Shown piece after piece: positions 9,434 to 19,381 of a stretch of DNA of 64,000 nt. The notes below the pieces were generated by a model. The model was not told the DNA's origin. It made no database searches and saw only the letters and a program-made list of their open reading frames with translations. The stretch's first letter is position 1. Each line of letters starts with the position of its first letter. The translations under genes were made by a program, and so were the position numbers. This DNA comes from Kiloniellales bacterium (GTDB taxonomy: Bacteria; Pseudomonadota; Alphaproteobacteria; Kiloniellales; JAKSDN01), in contig JBFJPL010000010.1 in assembly GCA_041617155.1 (NCBI GenBank), positions 197 through 64,196 on the forward strand, read 5' to 3'.

Positions 9434-10063
9434 TTAGGTTTTCTGCCGCAAGACCGCGACCAGATCCACTTCCTTGGTTCGGGCAAAGCCGCTCGGCGCG
9501 ACGAAGCCGCGAGGGTCGTACTCGATTTCCACCCCGAACTTCGCGTAGCAGTGCCAGGCGTACTCCGAGCAGATGTACTCGTTGTCGGGCTTGAGCTCTT
9601 TCCGCTCGTTGTCCGAGAAAGGCAGGAACGACGCCGCAATCCGCGCCGCGATCTTGGCGATCTCGTTCTTGTCGTAGGGATAGCCGAAAAGCTGCACGGC
9701 GAACTGCCCCAACTCCCTGAGGCGATCCGGCGTGGCCTTCTGCTCGAAATCGCGATGCCGCGCGACGACCAGGCCGCCCGGATAGGGATTGCCCTTGCTG
9801 TCGTAGTCGCGCAGATACTTGGTGACCGGCACGGTCCTGACCCCGAGCGGCTCGACGCTCTCGAGCACCATCAGGCGATCGATCGCCTGGACCCACATGA
9901 CGAAACCGACGTGGCTCCACACGCTGTCCGTCGCTCTCTGGATCATTCTCGAGAACCAGGCGGAGCCCGAACACAGCAATATGTCGCCCGAGCGCAGATC
10001 CGCGCGGATCGACGGGTAGGGCACGGCTTTCTTCTTGGGGAAGACATCCACGGATATGGCCAT
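9434..10063 (-). CDS. YiiX/YaeF-like permuted papain-fold (NlpC/P60 superfamily, C92-type) hydrolase
   Basis: Part of ORF 9434..10213. ATG at 10063 is preceded by GAGGAGG. Motifs GDILLCSG, SVWSHVGFV and YICSEYAW fit the permuted His...Cys arrangement of this family. Confidence 0.7.
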   Translation of the reverse strand: MAISVDVFPKKKAVPYPSIRADLRSGDILLCSGSAWFSRMIQRATDSVWSHVGFVMWVQAIDRLMVLESVEPLGVRTVPVTKYLRDYDSKGNPYPGGLVVARHRDFEQKATPDRLRELGQFAVQLFGYPYDKNEIAKIAARIAASFLPFSDNERKELKPDNEYICSEYAWHCYAKFGVEIEYDPRGFVAPSGFARTKEVDLVAVLRQKT

Positions 10064-10341
10064 TGGCGCCTCCTCTATCGAAGGCCGGGAGTCCAGCGGC
10101 CGCCCGGCCGGAAATTCGCAAGATCCGCCAGGAGTCCCGCGGCGAGGCTTCACGCCGGGTCCTCCCAGCTCCCCCACAAGGCTACGCGTGGTTGCCACCA
10201 CCGGTTGTGGCAATAGTCACAGCGGACGAGCGCGGGAGCCCGGTCCCAGAATCAATCGGGTCTGCCGTCTTGATGCGGAATCCAATGCAAGACCGACACG
10301 CATTTCGTTCGACCTATCGGATCCCGCGCTCGCCGCCCCGC

Positions 10342-11976
10342 CTATGCCGCCTGGTCCGTGTCCGCCGGAGTCGCCACGGCGTGCCAGTCGCTCGGCAGCA
10401 CGGTGCGCCAGAAGTTGGAGAAGATCCGCGCCAAGCGTCGCCGGGCGATCCGGCCGATCAGGTAGAGCATCACGAGGCCCAGGAGCAACAGCCAGAGCTC
10501 GGGGCCGGCGACCAGCGCGTAGAGCCGCTCGCCGACCAGCGGCACCGACGAGGCCCCGGCGTAGAGCAGCTTGGTGAACAGGGTCGCTTGCGGCTCCGGG
10601 GCGGCGATGCCGCCGGCCAGCCACAGGGCCGCCAATGTGCCGATCAGCAGCGCGTAGTGGGCCCAGCGGCGGGCCCCGATCCACAGCCTCGCGCCGGCCT
10701 GATCGAGCAGCAGCGGCTGGTTCTTCGGGGTGACGCCGCCAATGCTTCTGACCACCTGCCTGAGGTAAGTCGGGTGCTCGCCCGGGGCCGGGTTTCTGGC
10801 ATTGAACGGCACGCCGACGAACCAGCCCGGCAGGTTGCCGGGCGCGTAACCTTCGGTGCCGAGCGATGTCCGGTACAGGACGCTGACATGGACCTTCGGC
10901 TCGATGCGGCCGTTTTCGCGGCAGATCTTGGCGATATCGCGCGGTTCATAGCGGTAGTAGACCGCCAGGCCGGCGCGGGAATCATAAAGCTTGTCGTGGA
11001 CGTTCATGTGCTCGCTGTAGTCCCGAAGGCTGCCAGCCAGAAACCGCAAGCCTTGGTTGGCCGCCTTCTGCATCATCCAGCACAGCGGCACCAGTGACAT
11101 GCCCTGCTTCGGGTATCCGCCGCCGACATTGGCGTGGGCGCCGGCGAACCAGACCTGCTCGATGCGGTTCTCGCCCCGATCCTCCTCGCTTTCGTCCCAC
11201 ATGGTGGGGTGAAACGACCGCCTCTCGTCATCTATGGCGAGGGCGTGGCAGCCCTTCTGGACATGCGTGCCGAGGATCAGATCCGGAAACTTGTACGGCC
11301 AGATCCAGTTCAGCGCGGTGGCCAGCTCGGCGACCGGCAGGCCGACGGCATCGACCGTGTCCCAGACGCCGACGAACTTGATCTTCGCCACGCCGTCCGG
11401 CGCATGATCCGGATGCTTGACCGCATAGCGCTGGCGGAACGCCGAGCTGGCCTGCTCGGCCGTGCTCGAGAAGGGGATGAACCTGTGCAGCCGGTCGCTC
11501 CAGCGCCGGCGAAAATGCTTGCGGAAGTGGCGGTAGGCCCGGTCGACCAGCGCCTCCAGTTCGCGGTCCTTGAGCGTCGTCCTGGCGCGGCCCGACGCAC
11601 TCACGGGGTGCGTGTCGATGATGCCGCAGCGGCCGATCAGCCCGGCCAGGGTGCGCACGGTGAAGGCGCCGCGGCTGAAGCCAAAGAGGTAGACCTCGTC
11701 GCCGGCGGCGTAGGCGCGGCATAGCTCGGTATAGAGCTGTTTGACGTTGCGCTTCAGCCCGTAGCCGACCGCGCCGGCCATCAGCCTGAGCAGCTTCAAG
11801 CCTTCCGTGCCGACGCCGTCGTCATAGAACGCGATCTGCTGCATCTGGCCCGGATCTTCCTTGTGGCCGTTCAGGTCGACGGCCTCGAACACCTTCCAGA
11901 CGTTGGTGCCGCGGTTCTTGTTGGCGGTGTTGCCCGTGCCGTCGGAACAAAGAACGATTCGCTTCTGCCGCATCAT
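10342..11976 (-). CDS. DUF2235-type alpha/beta hydrolase (Tle1-like fold) with C-terminal transmembrane region
   Basis: Part of ORF 10342..12036. ATG at 11976 is preceded by GGAAGGAG. Motifs IVLCSDGTGN, FYDDGVGT and GFSRGA (GxSxG) are present. The C-terminal 110 aa are hydrophobic (several TM helices). Confidence 0.85.
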   Translation of the reverse strand: MMRQKRIVLCSDGTGNTANKNRGTNVWKVFEAVDLNGHKEDPGQMQQIAFYDDGVGTEGLKLLRLMAGAVGYGLKRNVKQLYTELCRAYAAGDEVYLFGFSRGAFTVRTLAGLIGRCGIIDTHPVSASGRARTTLKDRELEALVDRAYRHFRKHFRRRWSDRLHRFIPFSSTAEQASSAFRQRYAVKHPDHAPDGVAKIKFVGVWDTVDAVGLPVAELATALNWIWPYKFPDLILGTHVQKGCHALAIDDERRSFHPTMWDESEEDRGENRIEQVWFAGAHANVGGGYPKQGMSLVPLCWMMQKAANQGLRFLAGSLRDYSEHMNVHDKLYDSRAGLAVYYRYEPRDIAKICRENGRIEPKVHVSVLYRTSLGTEGYAPGNLPGWFVGVPFNARNPAPGEHPTYLRQVVRSIGGVTPKNQPLLLDQAGARLWIGARRWAHYALLIGTLAALWLAGGIAAPEPQATLFTKLLYAGASSVPLVGERLYALVAGPELWLLLLGLVMLYLIGRIARRRLARIFSNFWRTVLPSDWHAVATPADTDQAA

Positions 11977-12098
11977 CGTGAAACTCCTTCCCCTTTCCGG
12001 GCGCCGCCCGCCCGCAGCAGCTTGCAGGTGCGCCAACTTGTGAAGAGTTCAAAAATCGCGTCCGGCGTTGTGCCGGCTACCGGTCGCCGGCCGAGCGC

Positions 12099-13271
12099 CT
12101 AGTCGCCGCCGCTCAGCTTCTTCTGTGCCGCCTCTCTGACCCCGAGCAGGAACGCCAAGGGGTCCTGGTCGTGCTTGGGAACCGCCGGATGATCCTTTTC
12201 GAACTGTCGGAACTTGGCCCGCGTCACGGGACCGGGGAGGCCGTCGACCGATCCGATCTCGTAGCCGGCTTTCTTGAGAAGACCCTGGACGATTTCGACG
12301 TAAAGGTCCTTCTGCTTTGACGTGGCAAGCGCTCCCGCTTGGCCGACATTGCCGAGGGCGGCCTTGTAGGCGTTGACCCAGTTGCTGGCGTCGTCAAGGG
12401 CCTTCAGCTTGTCCCAGACCGCGCCGCGTGCCAGCAGATTGTTCAAAAGGTTCTGTTTCACCAGCGCCAGGGCCGGGACGACCTTGTCCTGGCAATGCCG
12501 CTCGAGCGCCGTGCGGGGGGCATCGCCGGCGCCGCCGCTCAGCGCCGAGAGGCAGGCGATCTCGACCGCGTCCATGTTGATGTCGTGGAGATAGTTCTTC
12601 TGCATGCTCTCCAGTATCCTGGCCGCCTCAAGGCCGGCGCCGGCCGCGCGGCCGGGGTCGTTCCCTTGGCCGGGCCCGGCGGCCGGCTCGATTTCACCGG
12701 CTTGGTCTACCGTTCCGGAACGCACGCCGGCGAGCGACCGCCCGACGTTTCCAGCCGCCAGTTCGGCCAGCAGCAGCGTGACCATCGTGTCGTCGTATCG
12801 GCTTAGCATGACGGCGTATTCGGTCTTCGAAAGCGCGCCGTTCGCATAGGCCTCGCACGCCCGGTACATGCCGTCGCGCAACAACTGGACGGTGGCGATT
12901 CGCTCGGTCATCTGCGCGATCGCTTCGGCCCGCTGTCGAGCCAAGTCCAATGCCAGGCTGCCGCTGCCCTGGCCGGCGACATCGGCGGCGATCTTCGAGT
13001 CCAGTTCGAAGCTTTCCGAGACCGCCTTCGCGACATCGGGGCTGGGTTCCGCGCACACGATGGCGGAGGGTTTGATCCGGCCGAAATCCGACTCGGCCCC
13101 GACGCGCGTGCGCGTCACGGCGCGATACTCGGCCTTGGTCAACAGGATCGAATCGTCGCCGAAGCTGTGCCATTGAATCGCCTTTTCGCCGGCGCAGGCG
13201 GCGAGCAGGAGCAGGGCTGCCAAGCCAACGGGCACTTGGAAATTCAAGACCCTCGACATCATAGCCTCCAT
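12099..13271 (-). CDS. Lipoprotein with C-terminal peptidoglycan-binding-like domain
   Basis: Part of ORF 12099..13709. An internal start at 13271 (or 13259) gives MEAMMSRVLNFQVPVGLAALLLLAAC, a lipobox. The C-terminus LLKKAGYEIGSVDGLPGPVTRAKFRQFEKD resembles PG_binding_1. I do not recognise the central domain. Confidence 0.75.
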   Translation of the reverse strand: MEAMMSRVLNFQVPVGLAALLLLAACAGEKAIQWHSFGDDSILLTKAEYRAVTRTRVGAESDFGRIKPSAIVCAEPSPDVAKAVSESFELDSKIAADVAGQGSGSLALDLARQRAEAIAQMTERIATVQLLRDGMYRACEAYANGALSKTEYAVMLSRYDDTMVTLLLAELAAGNVGRSLAGVRSGTVDQAGEIEPAAGPGQGNDPGRAAGAGLEAARILESMQKNYLHDINMDAVEIACLSALSGGAGDAPRTALERHCQDKVVPALALVKQNLLNNLLARGAVWDKLKALDDASNWVNAYKAALGNVGQAGALATSKQKDLYVEIVQGLLKKAGYEIGSVDGLPGPVTRAKFRQFEKDHPAVPKHDQDPLAFLLGVREAAQKKLSGGD

Positions 13272-13760
13272 TGCGTTTGTCTTCCGGGGGTCCGCATTCG
13301 CGTATCGAAGCGGAGCTCCGAGGCCGGCCGCGGATCTTGCCCGGCCGGCCTCGACGACGCCGGCGGCCGGCGGCGGATTTTCCTCCGCCGCCCGGATTTT
13401 CCAATGGCCGCTCGGTACCCCGACCGGCTGGTCCGCCGCCGGCGCCGGCTTCAGGCCGGTTTCGTGGAGAAGGCCGGCGGCGGTAAGGGCAACGGATCCC
13501 GACGCTCTCCTGCGCCGCGGCGTCGTATGGCGCGGCCGAGAACAAAGCGAGCCATGAGAGATCGCGCATCTCCACCTGCCCAAAAATAAATGAGTCATCG
13601 GACCGATGGTGCCACCGGCGCCCGGCCGACTCTGTGGCAATTCGCACAGTTCGCGAAAAAGGTCAGTGACGCCGTTTTCGCCCAAGACCCGACTGCCGCC
13701 CCGCGCCACGGCGCCGAACGGCAGGTGGCGGGGCCGAGAGATTCAACCGGGCGTCGCTGG

Positions 13761-14054
13761 ATGCCGCCGCGATGTTCCGTTTATGTTCCTGTCATGTTTG
13801 GCGGCAAGGACAGGCAACTCACGCTCGGCGAGCTCAGGCGCACCGGGCGGGTGGTCCATTGCCTCTGCCGGCGCTGCCGGCACGAGAACAACCTGGCGAC
13901 CAAGCTGCTGATCGCGCGCGCAGGGGCCGCCACCAAGGTGACCTACGCCGCCAATTTCCTGCGCTGTAGCCGCTGCGGCTCGAAGAACGTCTGGACCATG
14001 CCCGGCGAGCGGCCGCGGCACCCCTACCGCATGCCCCCGGCGCCGGAGCGCTAG
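13761..14054 (+). CDS. Small Cys-rich (zinc-ribbon-like) protein
   Basis: Part of ORF 13590..14054; possible starts are ATG 13761 or 13794. Two Cys pairs are present: C.CRRC and CSRC. Weak call. Confidence 0.4.
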   Translation: MPPRCSVYVPVMFGGKDRQLTLGELRRTGRVVHCLCRRCRHENNLATKLLIARAGAATKVTYAANFLRCSRCGSKNVWTMPGERPRHPYRMPPAPER

Positions 14055-14515
14055 CGACGACCTGTAGGATCAACCCGGGCCGACGGGCGAGTGCCGGATC
14101 AAATCCAACGCCGATGTGACGTTGGTCACGGACAGCCTTGTTGGGCCGGTGCATGCTTGGCGCCGTACCGGAGGCCGTCCGGGCTTAGATTTCAAGCACG
14201 TGTGACAAAGCGAACATTATTTGAGCACGGGCGAAATTGGTTTTTACCGCCCGCCATTCATGAGTTCGACGGACGATTCGGCCCCAATCGAAAAGTAGCG
14301 CTTGTCGCGGCATGGCGTCGCGGGCGTCGCATGCGACGCATTCACATAGGGACAGAAGGACGAATGATTTGATCAACCTGGAGGTGGATAGTTTCAATGC
14401 ATAGGAGCACGAACAAGACTTTCGGCGGTTCATATGCCGCCCCTGAAAAACCTGGGCGGACGGCTTCGACAGAGTCCGCTGTTCCGACAACGGCGGCCGG
14501 CCGGGAGCCGGGCCA

Positions 14516-14740
14516 ATGATGAAGGTCCTGCTTCTGGTCTGCGCCGCCACCCTGCCGCATTTCGAGTGTCAGGAGACCAATGCGCGCGTGGTCATCCAAG
14601 GCCCCGACGTGCGGACCGCGCTCGGTTGCGCCATGCGCTCCCAAGCCTACATCGCGAGCACGGCGATCGAGATCGGCGCGGCCGAATACCTCAAGATCAA
14701 ATGCCTGCGCAGCGGCATCGGCGCGCATAACGTCGGCTAG
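14516..14740 (+). CDS. Small secreted protein, unknown function
   Basis: 74 aa. GGGAG lies about 10 nt upstream. The signal-like N-terminus is MMKVLLLVCAATLPHFEC, and four Cys are present. Confidence 0.45.
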   Translation: MMKVLLLVCAATLPHFECQETNARVVIQGPDVRTALGCAMRSQAYIASTAIEIGAAEYLKIKCLRSGIGAHNVG

Positions 14741-15262
14741 CGCGTTATTCGTTCGAATAGAATCGGCGCCGGCCCGCTCCCCCTCCCGGCCGCCCATATC
14801 ATACGATTCCGTGGCCGGCCGCGAGGGAGAGCGGGCTGGTTCCGACTGATTGAAAAATGCCCTAGACGCCGGTCCCCGGACGGGCCGACGGCCGAGCCGC
14901 GAAGCTCACAAACGGCGAGCGCCCCCTGCGGGGGCGCTCACTTGGGAGCCCTTGACGATCGTGACGAGCACGAGATCGGAGGCTGCGGCGCCGGCATCGT
15001 CGGTCACGGTCAGGATCAACGTGTGGCCGCCGCGTTTCAAGCGTATCGTGGTCGCCGCCCCCTCGGCCACGCCGGTGCCGTGGCGGCTTCAAAGGGAGGA
15101 GGCGATCGTGCCGTCGGCATCGACCGAGGCCGAGCCCGCCAAGGGGCTTTCTTCAGGCCGGCATTAGTGGTTTGTTTGGCAATACCCCCTAGACCGGGTG
15201 GATCGCGCCGGCCCGGCGGCGCGGCCGGCGCCGGCGACAACCCGCTTCGAGGACAAGGCTCG

Positions 15263-15925
15263 ATGTTCACGGAATCCAATATCGTCAATCTTTTCCCGAT
15301 CCCCGTTTGGGTCCACACCTTGGGCGCCGAGGAGGCGGCGAGCGTCAACCAGAGCGCGCTCGCGCTGCTCGACGCGATCAGGGCCGAGAAGCCCGACATC
15401 GCCCCGGGCCAGCACTGGCAGACGCCCAACGACCTGCAGAACCGGCCCGAGCTGGAGGCGCTGAACGGCCACGTCAATACGGCGACCAGCGCCATTCTCG
15501 ACCATCTGCAGGTCGAGTACGGCGCCTTCCTGATCACCGGCTGCTGGGCCTCGGTCATGCCCAAGGGGTCGTCGGCGCAGCGCTCGCACACCCATCCCAA
15601 CAACTTCCTGAGCGGCGTCTACTACGTCCAGACGCCGGCCGGCGGCGACAGTATCGTGTTCCACGACCCCAAGGCGCAGACCAACATCATCGCGCCGCGC
15701 GTTAAGCAGGCGAACGAGCACAACTCGCGCAACGCCACCCTGTCGGTCGAGCCCGGAACCTTGGTCATGTTCCCCGCGTGGCTGCCGCACTCGGTCGGCG
15801 GCAACGACGGCGACGGCGACCGGGTAAGCATCAGCTTCAACGTGATGTTCGGCCAGTTCGGCGAGCAGATGAGCCAGCCGAAACCGGAACAGGACCCCGA
15901 CGGGCAGGGCCGCACGTCGGTTTGA
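15263..15925 (+). CDS. Putative 2OG-Fe(II) oxygenase (TIGR02466-like)
   Basis: Part of ORF 14942..15925 with ATG at 15263. Motifs HTHPNNFLSGVYYV, IVFHDP, LVMFPAWLPHSV and RVSISFN are present. Confidence 0.85.
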   Translation: MFTESNIVNLFPIPVWVHTLGAEEAASVNQSALALLDAIRAEKPDIAPGQHWQTPNDLQNRPELEALNGHVNTATSAILDHLQVEYGAFLITGCWASVMPKGSSAQRSHTHPNNFLSGVYYVQTPAGGDSIVFHDPKAQTNIIAPRVKQANEHNSRNATLSVEPGTLVMFPAWLPHSVGGNDGDGDRVSISFNVMFGQFGEQMSQPKPEQDPDGQGRTSV

Positions 15926-15959
15926 GGCCGGCGCCCGCGCCGGCCGCGGAGATCGGCCG

Positions 15960-16841
15960 ATGTTCTTCGAGGGCTTCGCGCTCGAGCAGGCGGCGGTCGC
16001 CGGCGGCACCCTGAGGCTGCGCCGCGGCGGGTCGGGGCCGCCGCTCTTGCTGCTGCACGGCAATCCCCAGACCCATGCCATGTGGCACAAGGTGGCGCCT
16101 GGGATCGCCGCGCGTTTCACGGTCGTCTGTCCGGACCTGCGCGGCTACGGCGGCTCCTTCAAGCCGGCAGCGACCGCCGATCACGCGCCCTACGCCAAGA
16201 CGGCGATGGCCCGGGACATGGCCGAGCTGATGGACCGTCTCGGGCACCGGGAGTTCTGCGTCGCGGGCCACGACCGCGGCGCGCGGGTGGCGCACCGCCT
16301 GGCGCTCGATTGCCCCGAGCGGGTGAGCAGACTGGCGCTGCTCGACATCGTCCCGACGCTCGAGCATTTCGAGCGCACCGACATGGCCTTCGCGATGGGC
16401 TATTACCATTGGTTCTGGCTGGCCCAGCCGCATCCCTTCCCGGAAACCCTGATCGACGCCGCGCCGGAGGCCTGGTTCCGCGCCCACACCGGGCGCGAGC
16501 CCAAGGGCGCCGACTTCTTCCATCTTGAGGCGCTGGCCGACTATCTGGCAGCGGTGCGCCGGCCGGCCACGATCCGCGGCATTTGCGAGGACTACCGCGC
16601 CGCCGCCACGATCGACCTGGCGCACGACCGCGCCAGCCGCGACGCGGGCGAAAAGATCGCCTGCCCGCTGCTGGTGCTCTGGGGCGCCAGGGGCAAGATC
16701 GGCGAATGGTACGCGCCGCTCGAGATCTGGCGGCGCTACGCCGTCGCCGAGCCGACCGGCGGGCCGATCGACAGCGGCCACTACCTCGCCGAGGAGGCGC
16801 CGGCCGCGGTCCTGGCGGCGTTCGAGCGTTTCTTCGCGTGA
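15960..16841 (+). CDS. Alpha/beta hydrolase, haloacetate dehalogenase/epoxide hydrolase-like
   Basis: 293 aa with LLLLHGNPQTHAMW, VAGHDRGARVAHRL (nucleophile Asp elbow) and a C-terminal SGHYLAEE. Confidence 0.9.
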   Translation: MFFEGFALEQAAVAGGTLRLRRGGSGPPLLLLHGNPQTHAMWHKVAPGIAARFTVVCPDLRGYGGSFKPAATADHAPYAKTAMARDMAELMDRLGHREFCVAGHDRGARVAHRLALDCPERVSRLALLDIVPTLEHFERTDMAFAMGYYHWFWLAQPHPFPETLIDAAPEAWFRAHTGREPKGADFFHLEALADYLAAVRRPATIRGICEDYRAAATIDLAHDRASRDAGEKIACPLLVLWGARGKIGEWYAPLEIWRRYAVAEPTGGPIDSGHYLAEEAPAAVLAAFERFFA

Positions 16842-17042
16842 GAGCCTGAGCGTCTCATTGACCCGCACGTGCGGGTCTACGGCGATACGGCCATCAACAC
16901 CGGCTACTACACCTTCAGCTACGAGAAGGACGGCGAGATGAAGTCGCTACCGCCGCGCTACAGCTTCTCGCTGGTAAAGCGCAACGGTAAGTGGCTGCTC
17001 GCGGATCACCACTCCTCGGGCATGCCGGCACCGGTGAAATAG
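16842..17042 (+). pseudogene. 3' remnant of an NTF2-like (SnoaL/DUF4440-type) gene
   Basis: 66 codons with no start codon. It begins directly after, and in frame with, the dehalogenase stop codon. Sequence is ...VRVYGDTAINTGYYTFSYEKDGEMKSLPPRYSFSLVKRNGKWLLADHHSSGMP, which matches only the C-terminal half of this fold. Confidence 0.5.
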
Positions 17043-17450
17043 GGCGCGAGGCGGCCTCTGACAAGTAAGCTCGGCCGGGCGGTTTCGTGGGACATCCCCT
17101 GGCCCGGTCGAGCGTCGTGGCGATGTCTCGACCACATATTCTGCACACGCCCACGTCGGCTTCGGGTCACAGCTTGCCGTAGAGACCGCCTCGCAGCCGG
17201 GTCCGCTGTCAGGGGTAGAGCGGTCGAAATGCCGTCGAACTACCGGTCTGAGCATCCTTTCGGACACGCTTGAAGGCAGATCCGAAAGGGCGAATTCAGC
17301 CAAGGTCGGAAACTCGGCGGTGCGGCAGAAGCCACACCGGACATACCTCATCACCTCCGGGTGGACGGTCCCGGGTGATATCTCGAAATATGAGAACGGA
17401 TTTCTCGTCCGAGGACGCCGTGCAACGCGTCTCACCGGTTCAAGCGGGCT

Positions 17451-18317
17451 TTATCCGACATTGCCCGAACGCGCGGTCACCGACGGCTGCGCACGTTGCG
17501 TGGCGATTTCGGCAAGTGAGATAACCATACAACAGATGCCCATGAGCACGACCGAGAGCGCGGCTGCCGCTGGAAAGTCCGAACCTGTCTCCGAGATCTT
17601 CGAGTAGAGCATGAGTGGCAAGATGTTGACCTGGGTGCCGACCAGGGCGAGCGCGGTGCCGTAGGCGCCGATGGCGACCGCCGAGGTCAGGCAAAAGGCG
17701 GCGAGCAGGCTGGGGAATATCTGCGGCAGGAGCACATCCAGATAAGCCCGCAGCGCGCCCGCGCCGAGCGAACGCGCGGCGGCGATCTGCGCCTGGTCGA
17801 AATTGATCAGGACCGGCAGCACGACCAGCACCACGCGCGGAATCAGATAGTAGGTATAGGCAACGCCCAGACCGGCCGGCGAAAAGATCAGGCCGCCCAC
17901 CACGGCCGGGTCGGCGCCCAACTCGGCGAGCAGAAGCGTGACGAAGCCGGCCCGCCCAAAGACCAGAATGAAGCCATAGGCGACAATCAGGCCGGAGAAG
18001 GTGAGCGGCAGCGAAATGACGAAAAGAAGCCCGGTCCGGGTCGCTTGGTCGAGCCGCGAAAGGTGCATGGCCACGGCCATTCCGACCGCGACGGAAACCA
18101 GCGGCGCGACCGTGCCGAGGACGAGCGTCCCCTGAAGCCCCTTCCAAAACACCGGGTCCTGGAACAAGCGGCCGAAGGCCGACCCGCCCTCCGAGACCGC
18201 CTCGACGACGATCACGGAGAGCGGTAAGGCGAAGAAAAGCAGGAGGACGACCAACCCCGGCGCGGCGAACGCGGCGCGCAGCCCCGGCGGCGTTAGGGCC
18301 GTCCTCCCTTCGCTCAT
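17451..18317 (-). CDS. ABC transporter permease (PotB-like)
   Basis: Part of ORF 17451..18341. ATG at 18317 overlaps the upstream stop (ATGA). It is a multi-TM protein with an EAA-like loop (AARSLGAGALRAY). Confidence 0.9.
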   Translation of the reverse strand: MSEGRTALTPPGLRAAFAAPGLVVLLLFFALPLSVIVVEAVSEGGSAFGRLFQDPVFWKGLQGTLVLGTVAPLVSVAVGMAVAMHLSRLDQATRTGLLFVISLPLTFSGLIVAYGFILVFGRAGFVTLLLAELGADPAVVGGLIFSPAGLGVAYTYYLIPRVVLVVLPVLINFDQAQIAAARSLGAGALRAYLDVLLPQIFPSLLAAFCLTSAVAIGAYGTALALVGTQVNILPLMLYSKISETGSDFPAAAALSVVLMGICCMVISLAEIATQRAQPSVTARSGNVG

Positions 18318-19381
18318 TGGCCGAGCACCTGCTTGGCCCAAGCGCGGTCGATTTCCGACTTCATGGCCTTCGCCTTAGCCACGTCGAGCGGCCGAAGCTG
18401 CGGCGCCGCCGGCATTTTCGAGGCCACGTCCTTGGGCAGGGCGACACCCGGCACGGAGGGCCGCACGAAGCCGTCGGCGAAGCGGGCTTGGCCCTGCTCG
18501 GTCATGATGAAATTGAGCCAGAGCTTGCCGGCGTTCGGATTCGGCCCGTCCTTGACCAAGCTGATGGCATAGGGCGCCGCGGCGGAGGCCTCCTTGGGAA
18601 TGATCACGGCGATGTCGTCGCCCATGCCGTCGAGGTACTTGGCCTTGAGGCCGTCGTTCTCGTAGCCGATCCAAATCGGGATCTCGCCCTTGATGAACTG
18701 GGCGTAGGGAGTGGTGCCGACCACTCGAAGCACGTTGCCGCTGGCGTGCAGCGCCGCCAGGTAGTCGATTCCCGGCATGACGTTGTCCATATCACCGCCG
18801 TTGGCAAAGGCCGCGCCAAAGGTGACCACCTGGCCTTGCCCGGTCGAGCGCGGGTCCAGGTAGACGATCGAGTTCTTGTATTCCGGCTTTTTCAGATCGG
18901 CCCAGCTTTGCGGCACGTTCTTCACCACCTTGGTGTTGACCAGGAACGCGACGTTGAGGGTGTGGATGGTGAACCACTGGCCGGAGGCATGCTTGAAGGC
19001 GTCCGGCAGCTTCTCGAAATTCACCGGCGTGAAATCGGCGACCAGCTTTTTCTCCGCCGCGTCCAGCGCCGAACCGGCGAAATAGTAGGCGGTGTCCGCC
19101 TGCGGTCTATTGCGGGACTTTTCCAGGGTCACGACGGTGGCCGCGGAACCCAGATCGTTATAGACCATCTCAACGTTGGGATAGCGCTCCTTGAAGGCCT
19201 GGAACTGCGCCTTCCAGTTGGCCCAGGTCGGGCCGGTGTCGAAGCTGACCACCAGGCCCTCCTTCGACGCGGCATCGTAAAGCGCCTTTTCGCCGGGATA
19301 GAGTTCCGCACCCTCCAGGGCATGAGCAGCCAGAGGCGATGCAATCGCCATGGCTGCAAGCCAAGAAACAAGTCTGTTCAT
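18314..19381 (-). CDS. ABC transporter periplasmic substrate-binding protein (family 1; iron/polyamine type)
   Basis: 355 aa with signal peptide MNRLVSWLAAMAIASPLAAHA. It has ATGA overlaps with both neighbours. Confidence 0.9.
   Translation of the reverse strand: MNRLVSWLAAMAIASPLAAHALEGAELYPGEKALYDAASKEGLVVSFDTGPTWANWKAQFQAFKERYPNVEMVYNDLGSAATVVTLEKSRNRPQADTAYYFAGSALDAAEKKLVADFTPVNFEKLPDAFKHASGQWFTIHTLNVAFLVNTKVVKNVPQSWADLKKPEYKNSIVYLDPRSTGQGQVVTFGAAFANGGDMDNVMPGIDYLAALHASGNVLRVVGTTPYAQFIKGEIPIWIGYENDGLKAKYLDGMGDDIAVIIPKEASAAAPYAISLVKDGPNPNAGKLWLNFIMTEQGQARFADGFVRPSVPGVALPKDVASKMPAAPQLRPLDVAKAKAMKSEIDRAWAKQVLGQ

Noticed and set aside
10342-11976. DUF2235 protein as a type VI secretion Tle1-type effector, with the neighbouring lipoprotein as its immunity protein.
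   Set aside because: No Hcp, VgrG, PAAR or other T6SS genes lie in the window. The protein also carries its own C-terminal transmembrane region, which fits a resident membrane enzyme better. The idea is kept only as an alternative within the hydrolase-cluster finding.
14325-14340. 16-bp perfect palindrome GCGTCGCATGCGACGC upstream of the small ORF 14516..14740.
   Set aside because: It is an isolated GC palindrome with no second copy and no obvious promoter context. That is too little evidence to call it a regulatory site.
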